A stretch of 33,232 bases of DNA from Somniosus microcephalus. Its lineage: Eukaryota. Shown here piece after piece: positions 1-10,527 of the stretch; within the stretch, counting starts at the first letter, position 1; each line of letters opens with the position of its first letter. Location: positions 60,976,769-61,010,000 of the forward strand of contig CM126224.1 of NCBI GenBank assembly GCA_052327205.1, written 5' to 3'. The translations under genes and the position numbers were made by a program. Below the pieces are notes generated by a model. That model ran no database searches. It was given only the letters and a program-made list of their open reading frames with translations, and was not told the DNA's origin.

Positions 1-9
1 AAGAATGTT

Positions 10-452
10 GGAGTCGGCCGTGGCTCAGTGGGCAGCACCCTCGCCTGAGTCGGAAGGTCGTGGGTTCAAGTCCCACTCCAGAGACTGGAGCACAAAATCC
101 AGGCTGACACTCCAATGCAGTGCTGAGGGAGTGCTGCACTGTCGGAGGTGCCGTCTTTCGGGTGAGACATTAAACCGAGGCCCCGTCTGCTCTCTCAGGT
201 GGGCTATTGGAAGAGGAGCAGGGGAGTTATCTCCGGTGTCCTGGCAAATATTTATCCTCAACCAACATCATTTAAACAGTTTAATTGGTAATTTATTTCA
301 TTGCTGTTTGTGGGAGCTTGCTGTGTGCAAATTGGCTGCCACGCGTTTCCCACATTGCAACAGTGACTCCACTTCAAAAGTATTTTGGTTGTAAAACGCT
401 TTGGGCTGTCCCGAGGTTGTGAAAGGCACGGTATAAATGCAAGTCTTTCTTT
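10..452 (+). mobile_element. tRNA-derived SINE with Deu-like central domain and L2-type tail (SacSINE1/AmnSINE-like)
   Basis: Pol III A box TGGCTCAGTGG (21-31) and B box GGTTCAAGTCC (63-73). The core GGTGCCGTCTTTCGGGTGAGACATTAAACCGAGGCCCCGTCTG resembles the DeuSINE conserved domain as I recall it. It ends in the L2-like tail ...GTGAAAGGCACGGTATAAATGCAAGTCTTTCTTTC. Confidence 0.85.
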
Positions 453-940
453 CAGATAAAAGCTGAACTAGTTAAACTCATCGCGGTGGAATTCAGGTTA
501 AAATTTGGGAACGAATGAAAAATATTTGGCTGTCGGGTAGAGAACGATGGCTGCTGATTAGTGGAGTTCCGTTAGGGTGGGCAGGGGATGTGCTGAGTGG
601 AGTGTTTCAGGGCTCTGTGTCCAGACTACTACAGGTTCACATTTACATTGATAACTCGGATTCAGTAGTCAAACTTGCAGATAAACTAGGAGGGGCAAAT
701 TCCACAAACTGTTTTGAAATAGCTGAGGTTGAAAGAGATCTTGGAGTCTTGGACTCAACTCCCAACTTGTCCAACTAACGCAGAGCCGCAATCAACAAAG
801 GCAACAGATGCTGAACTACTTCGCCAAATCGGTAGATTACCAGTCAGAGGAGGTGGTGACCAAACTGTAGCGTGCTCTGGTCAGATCCCCACCTCGAGCA
901 CTGCATCCAGTTCTGGTCACTGAGACACAGGGAGACATTC

Positions 941-1133
941 AGGCACTGGAGCCAGTGCAGGGAGAAGTCACGAGGCTGGTCCCCAGGGTCAGGGACTGGA
1001 GCCAGTGCAGAGAGGAGTCACGAGCCTGGTCCCCAGGGTCAGGCACTGGAGCCAGTGCAGAGAGGAGTCACGAGGCTGGTCCCCAGGGTCAGGGGCTAGA
1101 GCCAGTGCAGAGAAAAATCATGAGGTTGGTCCC
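941..1133 (+). repeat. 50-bp minisatellite, left block (4 units)
   Basis: Unit GGGACTGGAGCCAGTGCAGAGAGGAGTCACGAGGCTGGTCCCCAGGGTCA; TGGAGCCAGT (or the variant TAGAGCCAGT) recurs at 947, 997, 1047 and 1097. Confidence 0.95.
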
Positions 1134-1736
1134 TGTTAGACTTCCTGTAGAGATGTATGTTGGGTATCTTGGGGAGTTAAGGGTCAATAGTCAAACTTCT
1201 TTGTATCTTCAAGCAACAGGCTTTCCGATATAAACAGGATGACTTTGAAGAGTCGTGAGAAGAAGGCATTGCTTGCTTTCAGAAATGTAAAGTGCTTGCG
1301 TAAGGGAATGAGTGTTCGTAATGTGATCACCCATGAGTGCTTTAGTTTTAGGGTAATAAAACAGGGGTAGCGAGTCCTTTTGCTAAAGATAAAGGAAAAG
1401 GCAGTCTTGTTTAAGGGAAGTGGTTCTGAGGTAAACAATTGCAAACCATTTGCATAGATAATCTGTTTTCAGGTGATTTGGGAAATAGATACGTCGTTTT
1501 GACATTTTCCTTTGATGTAGATAAAACATGGTGTATAAAGGAGCATAGTTTTCAACAGTTTATCAGAGTGTACTCAAAAGATACAGAAACCGGTAAAGTC
1601 ACTCTCTGTATACAGTTAAAGGCTGATCACCTTTACTGTAGATCAATAAAGTCTGTTCCGTATACTCCACTACAAAGTCTCGTATTTACTCAAAACGTGT
1701 TGAAGTGAACCAGAGGAGAAAGGAGATTGTTTAACA
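1134..1736 (+). mobile_element. Solo LTR (603 bp) inserted within the 50-bp array
   Basis: Termini TGTTAGA...TTTAACA (TG..CA, imperfect inverted). Flanks GTCCC/TTCCC form a 5-bp TSD with one mismatch. TATAAA at 1534 and AATAAA at 1645. The repeat unit resumes in register after it. Confidence 0.8.
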
Positions 1737-2695
1737 TTCCCCAGGGTCAGGGTCAGGGACTGGAGCCAGTGCAGAGAGTGGTCACGAGCCTGGTCCCCAG
1801 GGCCAGGGACTGGAGCCAGTGCAGAGAGTAGTCACGAGCCTGGTCCCCAGGGTCAGGGACTGGAGCCAGTGCAGAGAGGAGTCACGAGGCTGGTCCCCAG
1901 GGCCAGGGACTGGAGCCAGTGCAGAGAGTAGTCACGAGCCTGGTCCCCAGGGCCAGGGACTGGAGCCAGTGCAGAGAGGAGTCACGAGGCTGGTCCCCAG
2001 GGTCAGGGACTGGAGCCAGTGCAGAGAGGAGTCACGAGGCTGGTGCCCAGGGTCAGGGACTGGAGCCAGTGCAGAGAGGAGTCACGAGGCTGGTCCCCAG
2101 GGTCAGGGACTGGAGCCAGTGCAGAGAGGAGTCACGAGCCTGGTCCCCAGGGTCAGGGACTGGAGCCAGTGCAGAGAGGAGTCACGAGGCTGGTCCCCAG
2201 GGTCAGGCACTGGAGCCAGTGCGGAGAGGAGTCACGAGGCTGGTGCCCAGGGTCAGGGACTGGAGCCAGTGCAGAGAGGAGTCACGAGCCTGGTCCCCAG
2301 GGTCAGGGACTGGAGCCAGTGCAGAGAGGAGTCACGAGGCTGGTCCCCAGGGTCAGGGACTAGAGCCAGTGCAGAGAGGAGTCACGAGGCTGGTCCCCAG
2401 GGTCAGGGACTGGAGCCAGTGCAGAGAGGAGTCACGAGGCTGGTCCCCAGGGTCAGGGACTGGAGCCAGTGCAGAGAGGAGTCACGAGCCTGGTCCCCAG
2501 GGTCAGGGACTGGAGCCAGTGCAGAGAGGAGTCACGAGGCTGGTCCCCAGGGTCAGGGACTGGAGCCAGTGCAGAGAGGAGTCACGAGGCTGGTCCCCAG
2601 GGTCAGGCACTGGAGCCAGTGCAGAGAGGAGTCACGAGCCTGGTCCCCAGGGCCAGGGACTGGAGCCAGTGCAGAGAGGAGTCACAAACCTGGTT
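1737..2695 (+). repeat. 50-bp minisatellite, right block (19 units)
   Basis: TGGAGCCAGT recurs every 50 bp from 1761 to 2661 (TAGAGCCAGT at 2361). Units differ at only a few positions. Confidence 0.97.
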
Positions 2696-3293
2696 AGAGG
2701 AGACACCAGGGAGGTGAGGTACAGAAAATGTTATGGGAAAGGTTAACTGGATGATACTTTAGATTAAACCATGGGAGTAGGATAAACGGACTCGGGTTCC
2801 AAATAGTAATAAGTAATTTTACAGCCAATATCAGGATATTGTTCTTCACGAAGTGATCAATGTATGGAATGGACTCCGAGATTAGTGGAGGCAAAATCCC
2901 TTAAATCATTTAACAATTGGATGCTGCAATGGGGTGGGGGGGGGAGTATAAGGTTGTTGTGTGTGAATGGAATAAGATGGGCTGAATGGCCATCCTCATC
3001 TAGTGCTGCAGATTTTTATTTCTAGTACTAGTGCACTTTATGCTCCCAATATCAGGAATGTTCAATTAAAAAGGATAATGCGGACTATCCACTTTAGTTT
3101 TCACTGGCTGGCTCAATGGGTGAGAGGATGGACTGGGAGCTCTGGATACAGGTAGAGCCAGGTCACGGATTCAATTCAACTCTTCCAATTCCAGTCAACA
3201 GGTGAAGCGCTTTGTGAAAGCTCCGCTCTGAATGCCTGTAACATTATCTCTCTCAACATTACCTGTGATTCATGAACCTGTTCCTCCACATAG

Positions 3294-3320
3294 TTCTCTC
3301 TCTCTCTCTCTCTCACACAC
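3294..3320. repeat. (TC)n(AC)n microsatellite
   Basis: A TCTCTC... run followed directly by ACACAC. Confidence 0.85.
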
Positions 3321-3730
3321 ATATTTCCACAGGAATACATTTCATTCGATACACACAATCCTCCAATCTTTTCATTCACTGCTTTGAGCAAAGCCACTTG
3401 GATTGCTATCGGATTAAATTGCTGGTCCAAGCTCTTAACTAGCAGCAGCTGCCTGTACAATTAACTCAGTCACTGCCTCTCTCGGTTAATGTGACACACA
3501 CGCGCGCACACCCCCTACTGTTACACATTCATTCTCGCCAATTCAAGTCACTATCAGTCCTTCAGCAAAGACTTTGCAGCATTTAAATCCAGGGGCCTAG
3601 CTGTGGCTGGTTGCCATAACAACCAGCAGTGACAAGAACTACCAAAGATGCTCCACCCCACACCTACACAGTAAGAGTTATTGGACCTGTGGGAGTGATT
3701 CCTGGGGCAGGGGGGGCTAACATTAACAGG

Positions 3731-5211
3731 TGTAGGGTTTGAAAATCCACAACCACGTTTTATTGGAGCCCTCTAAGGGCAAGGTGGCCAAAATTGGATT
3801 GCCCTATACAGTTTAAAACCAACATTTTCGTTAATGCAGTGGTCCCGAAAAGCAGGCTGGGATATCTGATTACAGGGGACTGTGGCTCAGAAGCGAGCCA
3901 TAGAGGTCGGCCAATCGAAACAAAGTACATTCTCAAAGGCCAATCAGGGGACTGAGTCAAGGAAATCCCCGGCCAATGGGAACGACCCGGCCCAGGTTTG
4001 AATATGTGACTCACCCCTAATCAAGCTATGAGTACAGGCCATCATCACCTTAATCAACTCGGACTAGGGACAATAGTTTTGGGATCACTACAGTTAAGAG
4101 GTGGCCCAAAATAATCAAGTCCCAGGACTGACACAATGGGACAACAGACTTGGAGGAGCCGCTGTGCACTCAAAACAATACCCCTGCCCTCGAACTTGTA
4201 AACACCAATTTAATTGGGCGCGAAGAGGCCGAAATAGAATTGGGTATAAAATACAGAATCAAGAGATTATTGAGACCAAAAAGAAAAAGAGACCAGAAGA
4301 AAGAGCAGGAGAGCGAGTTAAGAAGCTGAGGGAGAGACGAGCTGGGGCGAACTACCATCTAAAGAACTCCAACCACGCTGATGAGAAGATCCACCATCAG
4401 GCCCCAGACTCAATTGGCATACTGAAAGTTTACTCCGCTACCAGACGGCGCAACATCACCGCAAGAAACCGCACCGTATACCAACTCCCGTCCCGGAGAC
4501 ATCAACAAGAAGGCACCAACGACCGAAGTGGCTGTGGAAGACGGCATTCACTCCCGCTATTTCGGGAGCCTTTTCCATCAAGCACAAACCAACCAACAAC
4601 AGCAACAACCCAACAACCGCACTCAAAGTAGGCTGTGAGTATAATCCAAGGGCCTGCAACTGTCAGTCTAGTCTAGGTAGGAAAGTGGGTTGGTGGGATT
4701 GGACTTGGTAAAGTTAAAACAGTGTAAAACATTTTCGTTATGTCCGTTCTCTCCCATATTTTATTTATAGTTATAGAGTGTGTGTGTTTATTACGTTTGT
4801 GGTAGTACCAAATAAAATTGGTTGTCACCTGTTTTTTCCAAGGACTACTTGTCTCCAAGTGTCTATTTAAAGTGCATCGTTCTCCATCCAAATTCTGGAG
4901 TTAGAACCAGATAGGGGCATTAGGGCGCTTCGAACCCGCCAAACAAGGGAACAGCAGGCTAGGGAAAAAGAGAGAGGACTATAGGAGCCCTTGGGCTCAG
5001 GAGTACCTCGCAGATTAGGTATAAACTGTGCGGGTCGTCACCGTATTCTAGTCCTCCTCTATAAGCTGTTGTTCTCTATCTCCTTAGAGGGTGTTTAGTG
5101 ACACCCGACCTGCAGGCTAACATAAGCTGCAAGGGTATAAAGGAGACAGAGGCCCAATACATTAACAGGCACTAAAGACCCCTGTAATTGGGCAGAGCAA
5201 AACCCCCTACA
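3731..5211 (+). mobile_element. Long solo LTR (1481 bp), Gypsy- or ERV-type
   Basis: Perfect 7-bp inverted termini TGTAGGG...CCCTACA. 4-bp TSD CAGG (3727-3730 and 5212-5215). CCAAT boxes at 3911, 3940 and 3973, TATAAAA at 4245, AATAAA at 4811. No recognisable retroelement coding sequence inside. Confidence 0.8.
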
Positions 5212-5338
5212 CAGGCAAACTTCAATCTCAGTTTAATCAGTCATCCAAATCCCTCAATTCCAGCCTTCAACTCCCTGCAGTGGATCCATTAGCCTTCTAC
5301 ATTGAAGTTTTAATTGCTTTTCTCCCATAAATGCACAG

Positions 5339-5520
5339 TGTAAAGTCCGCGCCTCAATAATACACGGACTTCGGGAGAACAGTTTAACAGGTACTTTACT
5401 GAACAAGGGGCAGCTTGAAACTGAAACTACAGAAGCCTGCTAGGGCCTTTTATACAGGGGTGGTCACTGCCGGTACTGCAGTCTAAGACCAGTTATTCCC
5501 TTAAAGGTACATACACAACA
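5339..5520 (-). repeat. 3' LTR of the Mag-like Gypsy element
   Basis: TG...CA termini; differs from 10149-10330 at 3 of 182 positions. Confidence 0.97.
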
Positions 5521-5521
5521 A

Positions 5522-5534
5522 TTCCTCCCCTTTT
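5522..5534 (-). other. Polypurine tract
   Basis: The minus strand reads AAAAGGGGAGGAA immediately before the 3' LTR. Confidence 0.9.
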
Positions 5535-5629
5535 AGATAAACAGTACATAACATTCATTTAACAACTAAATAATAACTAATTACAATTACAATTTTCTCA
5601 GTAATATATACATCCACTGAAATAGTCAT

Positions 5630-8600
5630 TTATAAGTTCAGTCTTTGAGGAGGCTTCCTGATCCGGACTGGATAGCACCTTTCTCGAGTATCCTGTTCTG
5701 GCGGTGGAGTCAATTCTGGCTCATTGTCATTGGTTGGTTCGTCAGCTTCCAATACCCCTGCTTCTGAGGTAGACGCAATCTGTACTTCGGGCTCATTACC
5801 AGGTGCACATGCTTGTGGTACAGGTTTGGCTTGTTCCTGTGACTCTAGAATCTGGTCAGCATGGCGTCTCACGATGCTCTCTCCAACGTCCACTGTGTAC
5901 GTTAGTGGTCCCTGCTGTGTGCATATCGTGCCTGGCTGCCATTTTTCTGTTCGGTAGTCGCGGGCCAAGACTGGTTGCCCTATCTTGAAGCTCCTGGTTG
6001 GCTTCTCATTTATGTGCTGGAACTGCTTATCCTCAACATCTCGTCTTATGTTTGGTTTGAGCAAATCCAAGCGACATCTTAGTCCTTGGTTGAAAAACAG
6101 TACGGCTGGAGTTTGGTTGGTTACTGCATGTGTCGCATTCCGGTAAGCAAACAGGAAGCTATCCACCTTGTGTTGCAGTGGTATGTCATCATTATACATT
6201 GCCTTTATGGCCTTTTTAAAGGTCTGAACAAACCTCTCAGCCAATCCATTTGTGGCTGGATGTTATGGGGCAGATGTGTAATGTTTCACCCCATTATTCT
6301 TCAGGGACCTCCGGAAATCCTCAGACACAAACTGTGGGCCATTGTCGGAACAGATCTGTTCTGGCAACCCATTCCTGGCGAAGATGGTCCTTAGGACTGC
6401 AATAGTTTTCTCCGTGGTGGTGGAGGATATTTTAATGACCTCTGGCCATTTCGAATGGGCGTCCACAGCGATTAGAAACATTGAGTCCATAAATGGACCA
6501 GCGAAATCAATGTGTACCCGTTGCCATGGAGATGAGGGCCACTCCCATGGATGTAGCGGGGCCTGTGGTGGAGCGTTTTGGACCTTCTGGCATCCTGTGC
6601 ATCTCTTGGTCATATCCTCGATTTCTTTATCGATTCCCGGCCACCACACAAACGCCCTGGCTAGGCTCTTCATTTTTACCCCTCCCAGATGACCCTCGTG
6701 AAGCTCATTGAGCACTCTAACTATCAACTTGGGTGGAATTACCACTCGGGATCCACACATCAAAGTTCCCCGGCACACTGACAGCTGTTCCCTCCTCGGC
6801 GAGAATGCTGGCAACAGTGAGTCGCCATATGCTGGCCATCCCTTCACCGTCAAATCATAGACCCAAGAGAGTGTCGGGTCATTTCGGGTTTCCTTCTCAA
6901 TACTTGCGTTTGTAACAGGCAAACATTCGACTATGGTCGCATGGAATATCTCCACCGGGTCCACTGCAGGTGCTTCTTCCGCCGTAGGCAACGGTAGGCG
7001 CGACAGCCCATCAGCGTTTCCATGTTGTTTCGTACCTTTGTACTCTATGTCATACTGATGTGCCCCTAGAAAAAGTGACCATCTTTGCAGCCGTTGCGCC
7101 GTCATCACCGGAACGCCCTTCTTTGGGTTAAAAATTGAGACCGGGGGTTGATGATCAGTCAGTAGGGTGAATTTCTGCCCGTGCAGATAGTGATTGAACT
7201 TCTTCACCCCCCACACCAGGCTGAGGGCCTCCCTGTCAATCTGGGCGTAGTTACGCTCGGCTGAGGTTAGCGAGCGCGATGCAAAGGCTATTGGCCTCTC
7301 TGAACCGTCACGGAATGTGTGTGACAGCACCGCTCCAATGCCGTAAGGTGACGCATCACATGCCAACCGAATCGGTAGTGTTGGGTTGTAGTGGGCCAAT
7401 ACTTCTTTTGAAGTGATTTGGCATTTACATTCCTGAAAGGCACGCTTACACTCATCACTCCATTTCCATGTTACACCAGTTTGAAGGAGGGCGTTCAGTG
7501 GGTGCAGAATTGTAGATAAATTCGGCAAGAACTTATGGTAGTAGTTCACCAACCCGAGGAACGACCTCAGTTGCGACACATTTTCTGGTGCTGGAGCCTT
7601 GACTACAGCCTCAATCTTGTCCGGCGACTTATGCAACCCTTCCTCATCAATCATGTGGCCACAATACGAGATTTGTCTCCTGAAGAACTCGCATTTGGGA
7701 CGGTTGGCTCGTAGCCCATATTCCTGCAATCTCGTGAGCACCTGTTCCAGGTTGGCAAGGTGTTCATTGTCATTTTTGCCCGTAACCAGGATGTCGTCCA
7801 AATAACACTGGGTCCCCGGGATCCCTTGCAGGACTTGTTCCATTGCCCTCTGCCACATAGCCGGGGCCGATGCTACCCCAAATACCAGTCGATTGTACTG
7901 GTAAAGGCCTTTGTGAGTGTTTATCGTGAGGTATTTCCTAGATGCTTCTTCCACCTCCATTTGTAGATACGCTTGAGCCAGGTCAATCTTTGTAAAACGT
8001 TTCCCTCCAGATAGTGAGGCGAAAATATCTTCTATCCGCGGAAGCGGATACTGTACTGTGTGCAGGACTGGGTTCACAGTCACCTTGAAGTCCCCACAGA
8101 TGCGAACCTTCCTTGGCTCCCCAGGCGTGCTGCTCAATGCTTTCTTCATTACAGGAATGATGGGTGTGGCCCACTCGCTCCAGTCCACCTTACACAGCAC
8201 CCCCGAATGCTCCAGACTCTCCAGTTCAGCTTCCACAGCTGGGCGTATCGCGTATGGCACTGGTCTGGCCTTGAAAAATTTTGGGGTTGCGTTATCCTCA
8301 ATCTTTATGGTTGCCTTTACTCCTTTTAGAGTCCCAAGTCCTTGTTGGAACACCTGTTCCGCGTCAGATAGAATTTGTGACAGACGTCCAGGTGCGACGT
8401 CATCATCTTTTTTGTCAGTCACAGTTAGTGCCAGAATGGAATGCCAATCCAATTGTAGTCTTCGGATCCATTCACGTCCCAATAATGGTGGTCCTCCATC
8501 TCGTAGTATATACATGTATAGTTTCTGTGTTTCCTTTCCGTTATATTCAACTGGCACCCTTATTTTTCCTCTGGGGTAGACCTTTTGCCCCGTGTATGTC

Positions 8601-9583
8601 TTCAATACAATGGACGTGTCCTTTAAGGGTATGTGTGAGAATAGCCGCTCATAGTCTCGTTGATTCATGACAGTTAGGGCTGATCCTGTGTCCAATTCCA
8701 TCTTCACTGGGGACCCTGCTATCATGAGGGTGACCCAAATGGTTCGGTGATCTTCTTTTGCGATCACGTTGTGTAACTTTAAACAACTTAGTCGCCTGCT
8801 CCCGGAGTCCTTATCACTCTCCTGATCTTCTGAACTATTATCTGTCAGTTTCTTTACTTTCCTGTACTGTTCCTTAGTAGTTCTTGTCGTGTTGGTCTTC
8901 TTTCCCGACCTGCAGACTCTTGCTATGTGTCCCATTTTCCCGCATTGCCTGCATATTTTGTCTTTAAACCAGCAGTCCTTCTGCTCATGGGTTGTTCTGC
9001 CGCAGCGATAGCACTTTTCGGCTCCATACGCCATTTCGTTAGTGCTGTATTCTTGTGGTTTCTGTTGTATTTCCGCAGCTCCCCGTGCTGCTGCTTCGTA
9101 GGATACGGCCATGCTGAAAGCCTGTTCTAGCGTCAGGTCCTTTTTTGAAAGTAGTCGTTTCTGGGTTCCTTCACTCTGGAGCCCGCAGACAAACTTATCC
9201 CGTAAGGTGTCTGCCAGTCCTGCTCCAAACTGGCAGTGCTTCGATAACTTGCGTAGTTCCGTAAGATAGTCAGCATTGCTCTCATCTTTGTGCTGGTTTC
9301 TTTTATGGAACTTGAATCTTTCTGCTATCAGCAGTGGTGTAGGGCTTAGATGTTCCTGTAAGATATGAACAATCTCCTCAAAGCTTTTCTCCATTGGTTT
9401 AGCTGGGGTAATTAAATTCCGCAATAGGCCGTACGTACTCGCATCCATCAGATTTAATAATGCCGACACCCTCTTTCCATCAGCCACCTCATTTGCCTTG
9501 CAGTACACTTCAATTCTTTCCACATACGTGGTCCAGTCTTCTACCTCATTGTCGAAAGCAGTGATACTGCCACTTTTCGGCAT
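5630..9583 (-). pseudogene. gag-pol polyprotein with one in-frame TAA in integrase
   Basis: Likely ATG at 9583 (MPKSGSITAF). Motifs: CYRCGRTTHEQKDC and CRQCGKMGHIARVC knuckles, protease LDTGS, RT YLDD (7793-7804), RNase H CDASPYG, integrase HEGH..CTGC, IDFAGP, SDNGPQF. TAA at 6263-6265 (SAP*HPATNGLAER) joins ORF 6263..9673 in frame to ORF 5630..6244. Confidence 0.93.
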
Positions 9584-9595
9584 CTTGGGCGATTT

Positions 9596-9713
9596 AAAAT
9601 GGCGCCTCCCGCGCTTTTGCTTCTTCCCCAATGGAATAAAATGGCGCCTCCCGCGCTTTTGCTTCTTCCCCAACGGGATAAAATGGCGCCTCCCGCACTT
9701 TTCCTTCTTCCCC
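9596..9713. repeat. 42-bp tandem repeat (about 2.8 copies) in the Gypsy 5' leader
   Basis: AAAATGGCGCCTCCCGC starts at 9596, 9638 and 9680. Confidence 0.92.
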
Positions 9714-10137
9714 TTACTGCCACGCTGCTCCTAGCGTTCTACGGGGTAATGGCGGCGACCCGCAGCTTCGGCGCGTCTCGCTTTCCTTCCCCCCCGTTTA
9801 GTTTCTCTCCGCTGTCCTGTTCTCGAGCACCGACCGCGCCCTGTGCGCTCCACCCTCTCTCTCTTGTTTTCTTTTCCCGGCGACGCTGTGCGGCCCGATT
9901 TGTAGAGCCGCTTGATCGAGCTTGAGCCTGCCGCAGTCCGGAAGGTTCAGCGCGCTATCTGCTACCAGCACAATTCGCTGGAACCACAGTCTCTCCCGCA
10001 ATTCTCCAAACACCGATGGATTCTTCGGGCGGTTGCCGTCGGTCGACGCCCGTTGCTCAGACTACGACCTTCCAGGACCTTCCTTTCCGGCGAGATCCCC
10101 GTGAGATGATGCCACACTGCAGGTGAGTTCGAACTTA

Positions 10138-10147
10138 CTCGTCGCCA
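10138..10147 (-). other. Primer-binding site, tRNA-Ser(GCU)-like
   Basis: Minus-strand TGGCGACGAG lies one base inside the 5' LTR. It is complementary to the ...CUCGUCG-CCA 3' end of vertebrate tRNA-Ser(GCU), recalled from memory. Confidence 0.8.
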
Positions 10148-10148
10148 C

Positions 10149-10330
10149 TGTAAAGTCCGCGCCTCAATAATACACGGACTTCGGGAGAACAGTTTAACAG
10201 GTACTTTAATGAACAAGAGGCAGCTTGAAACTGAAACTACAGAAGCCTGCTAGGGCCTTTTATACAGGGGTGGTCACTGCCGGTACTGCAGTCTAAGACC
10301 AGTTATTCCCTTAAAGGTACATAGACAACA
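10149..10330 (-). repeat. 5' LTR of the Mag-like Gypsy element
   Basis: Near-identical to 5339-5520. The minus strand has TATAAAA and ATTAAA motifs. Confidence 0.97.
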
Positions 10331-10527
10331 CACAGTGTGCAGCCAACACACTGACCTTTATAGGTCGGTTCAGCTCCTCCCTAATTTTGGAACGCTGCAC
10401 TGCTCTTCCGTTCCAGACGTACCGCGCCAATACACTGCTACTCTTCGAACTATAAATGCTGACTAGCAAGACAGCCCTGTGTAGCCCAAAATATCAGTTC
10501 CCCAACGAATAGGCCCCAGTTATATAT

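Larger units (their letters stand above)
490..3003 (+). mobile_element. Old, degenerate CR1 LINE 3' portion, interrupted by a minisatellite and a solo LTR
   Basis: 877-960 encodes a PHLEHCIQFWS...LEPVQ motif matching the CR1 ORF2 C-terminus (compare PHREYWAQFWSPYLRKDILALEAVQRRFTRLIPG in the 22646..23092 ORF). 2690-2930 resembles the RGD...FF..VINVWNGL...VEA end of ORF2. GATGGGCTGAATGGCC near 2977-2992 is a CR1 3' UTR motif. The 5' boundary is approximate. Confidence 0.7.
5339..10330 (-). mobile_element. Full-length Ty3/Gypsy LTR retrotransposon (Mag-like clade)
   Basis: Two 182-bp LTRs, TSD CACAG (5334-5338 and 10331-10335), primer-binding site, polypurine tract and a single gag-pol frame with PR-RT-RH-INT order. 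Two CCHC knuckles and a 5-bp TSD fit Mag-type elements. Confidence 0.95.

Noticed and set aside
10-82. Possible tRNA gene
   Set aside because: It continues directly into SINE body and tail with no oligo-T terminator, so it is a SINE head.
1737-2746. Long ORFs in all three plus frames, and a CRISPR-like regular periodicity
   Set aside because: The 50-bp unit is stop-free, so the frames cycle through the same peptides. The units are head-to-tail with no unique spacers, there are no cas genes, and the context is eukaryotic.
3176-3460. 94-aa minus-strand ORF as a host exon
   Set aside because: Non-ATG start, reads through a microsatellite and has no recognisable domain. It would need RNA-seq or tBLASTn support.
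4101-4631. 176-aa ORF inside the long solo LTR
   Set aside because: Non-ATG start, A-rich biased composition and no gag or env motifs.
9584-9673. Basic N-terminal extension MGKKQKRGRRHF on gag
   Set aside because: It starts at a non-ATG codon and comes from the 42-bp leader repeat. The ATG at 9583 fits the Gag start better.
10354-10447. Possible minus-strand exon (AG...GTCAGT, one open frame SKSSSVLARYVWNGRAVQRSKIREELNRPIK)
   Set aside because: Weak acceptor, no recognisable homology and no partner exons. This is compatible with chance.
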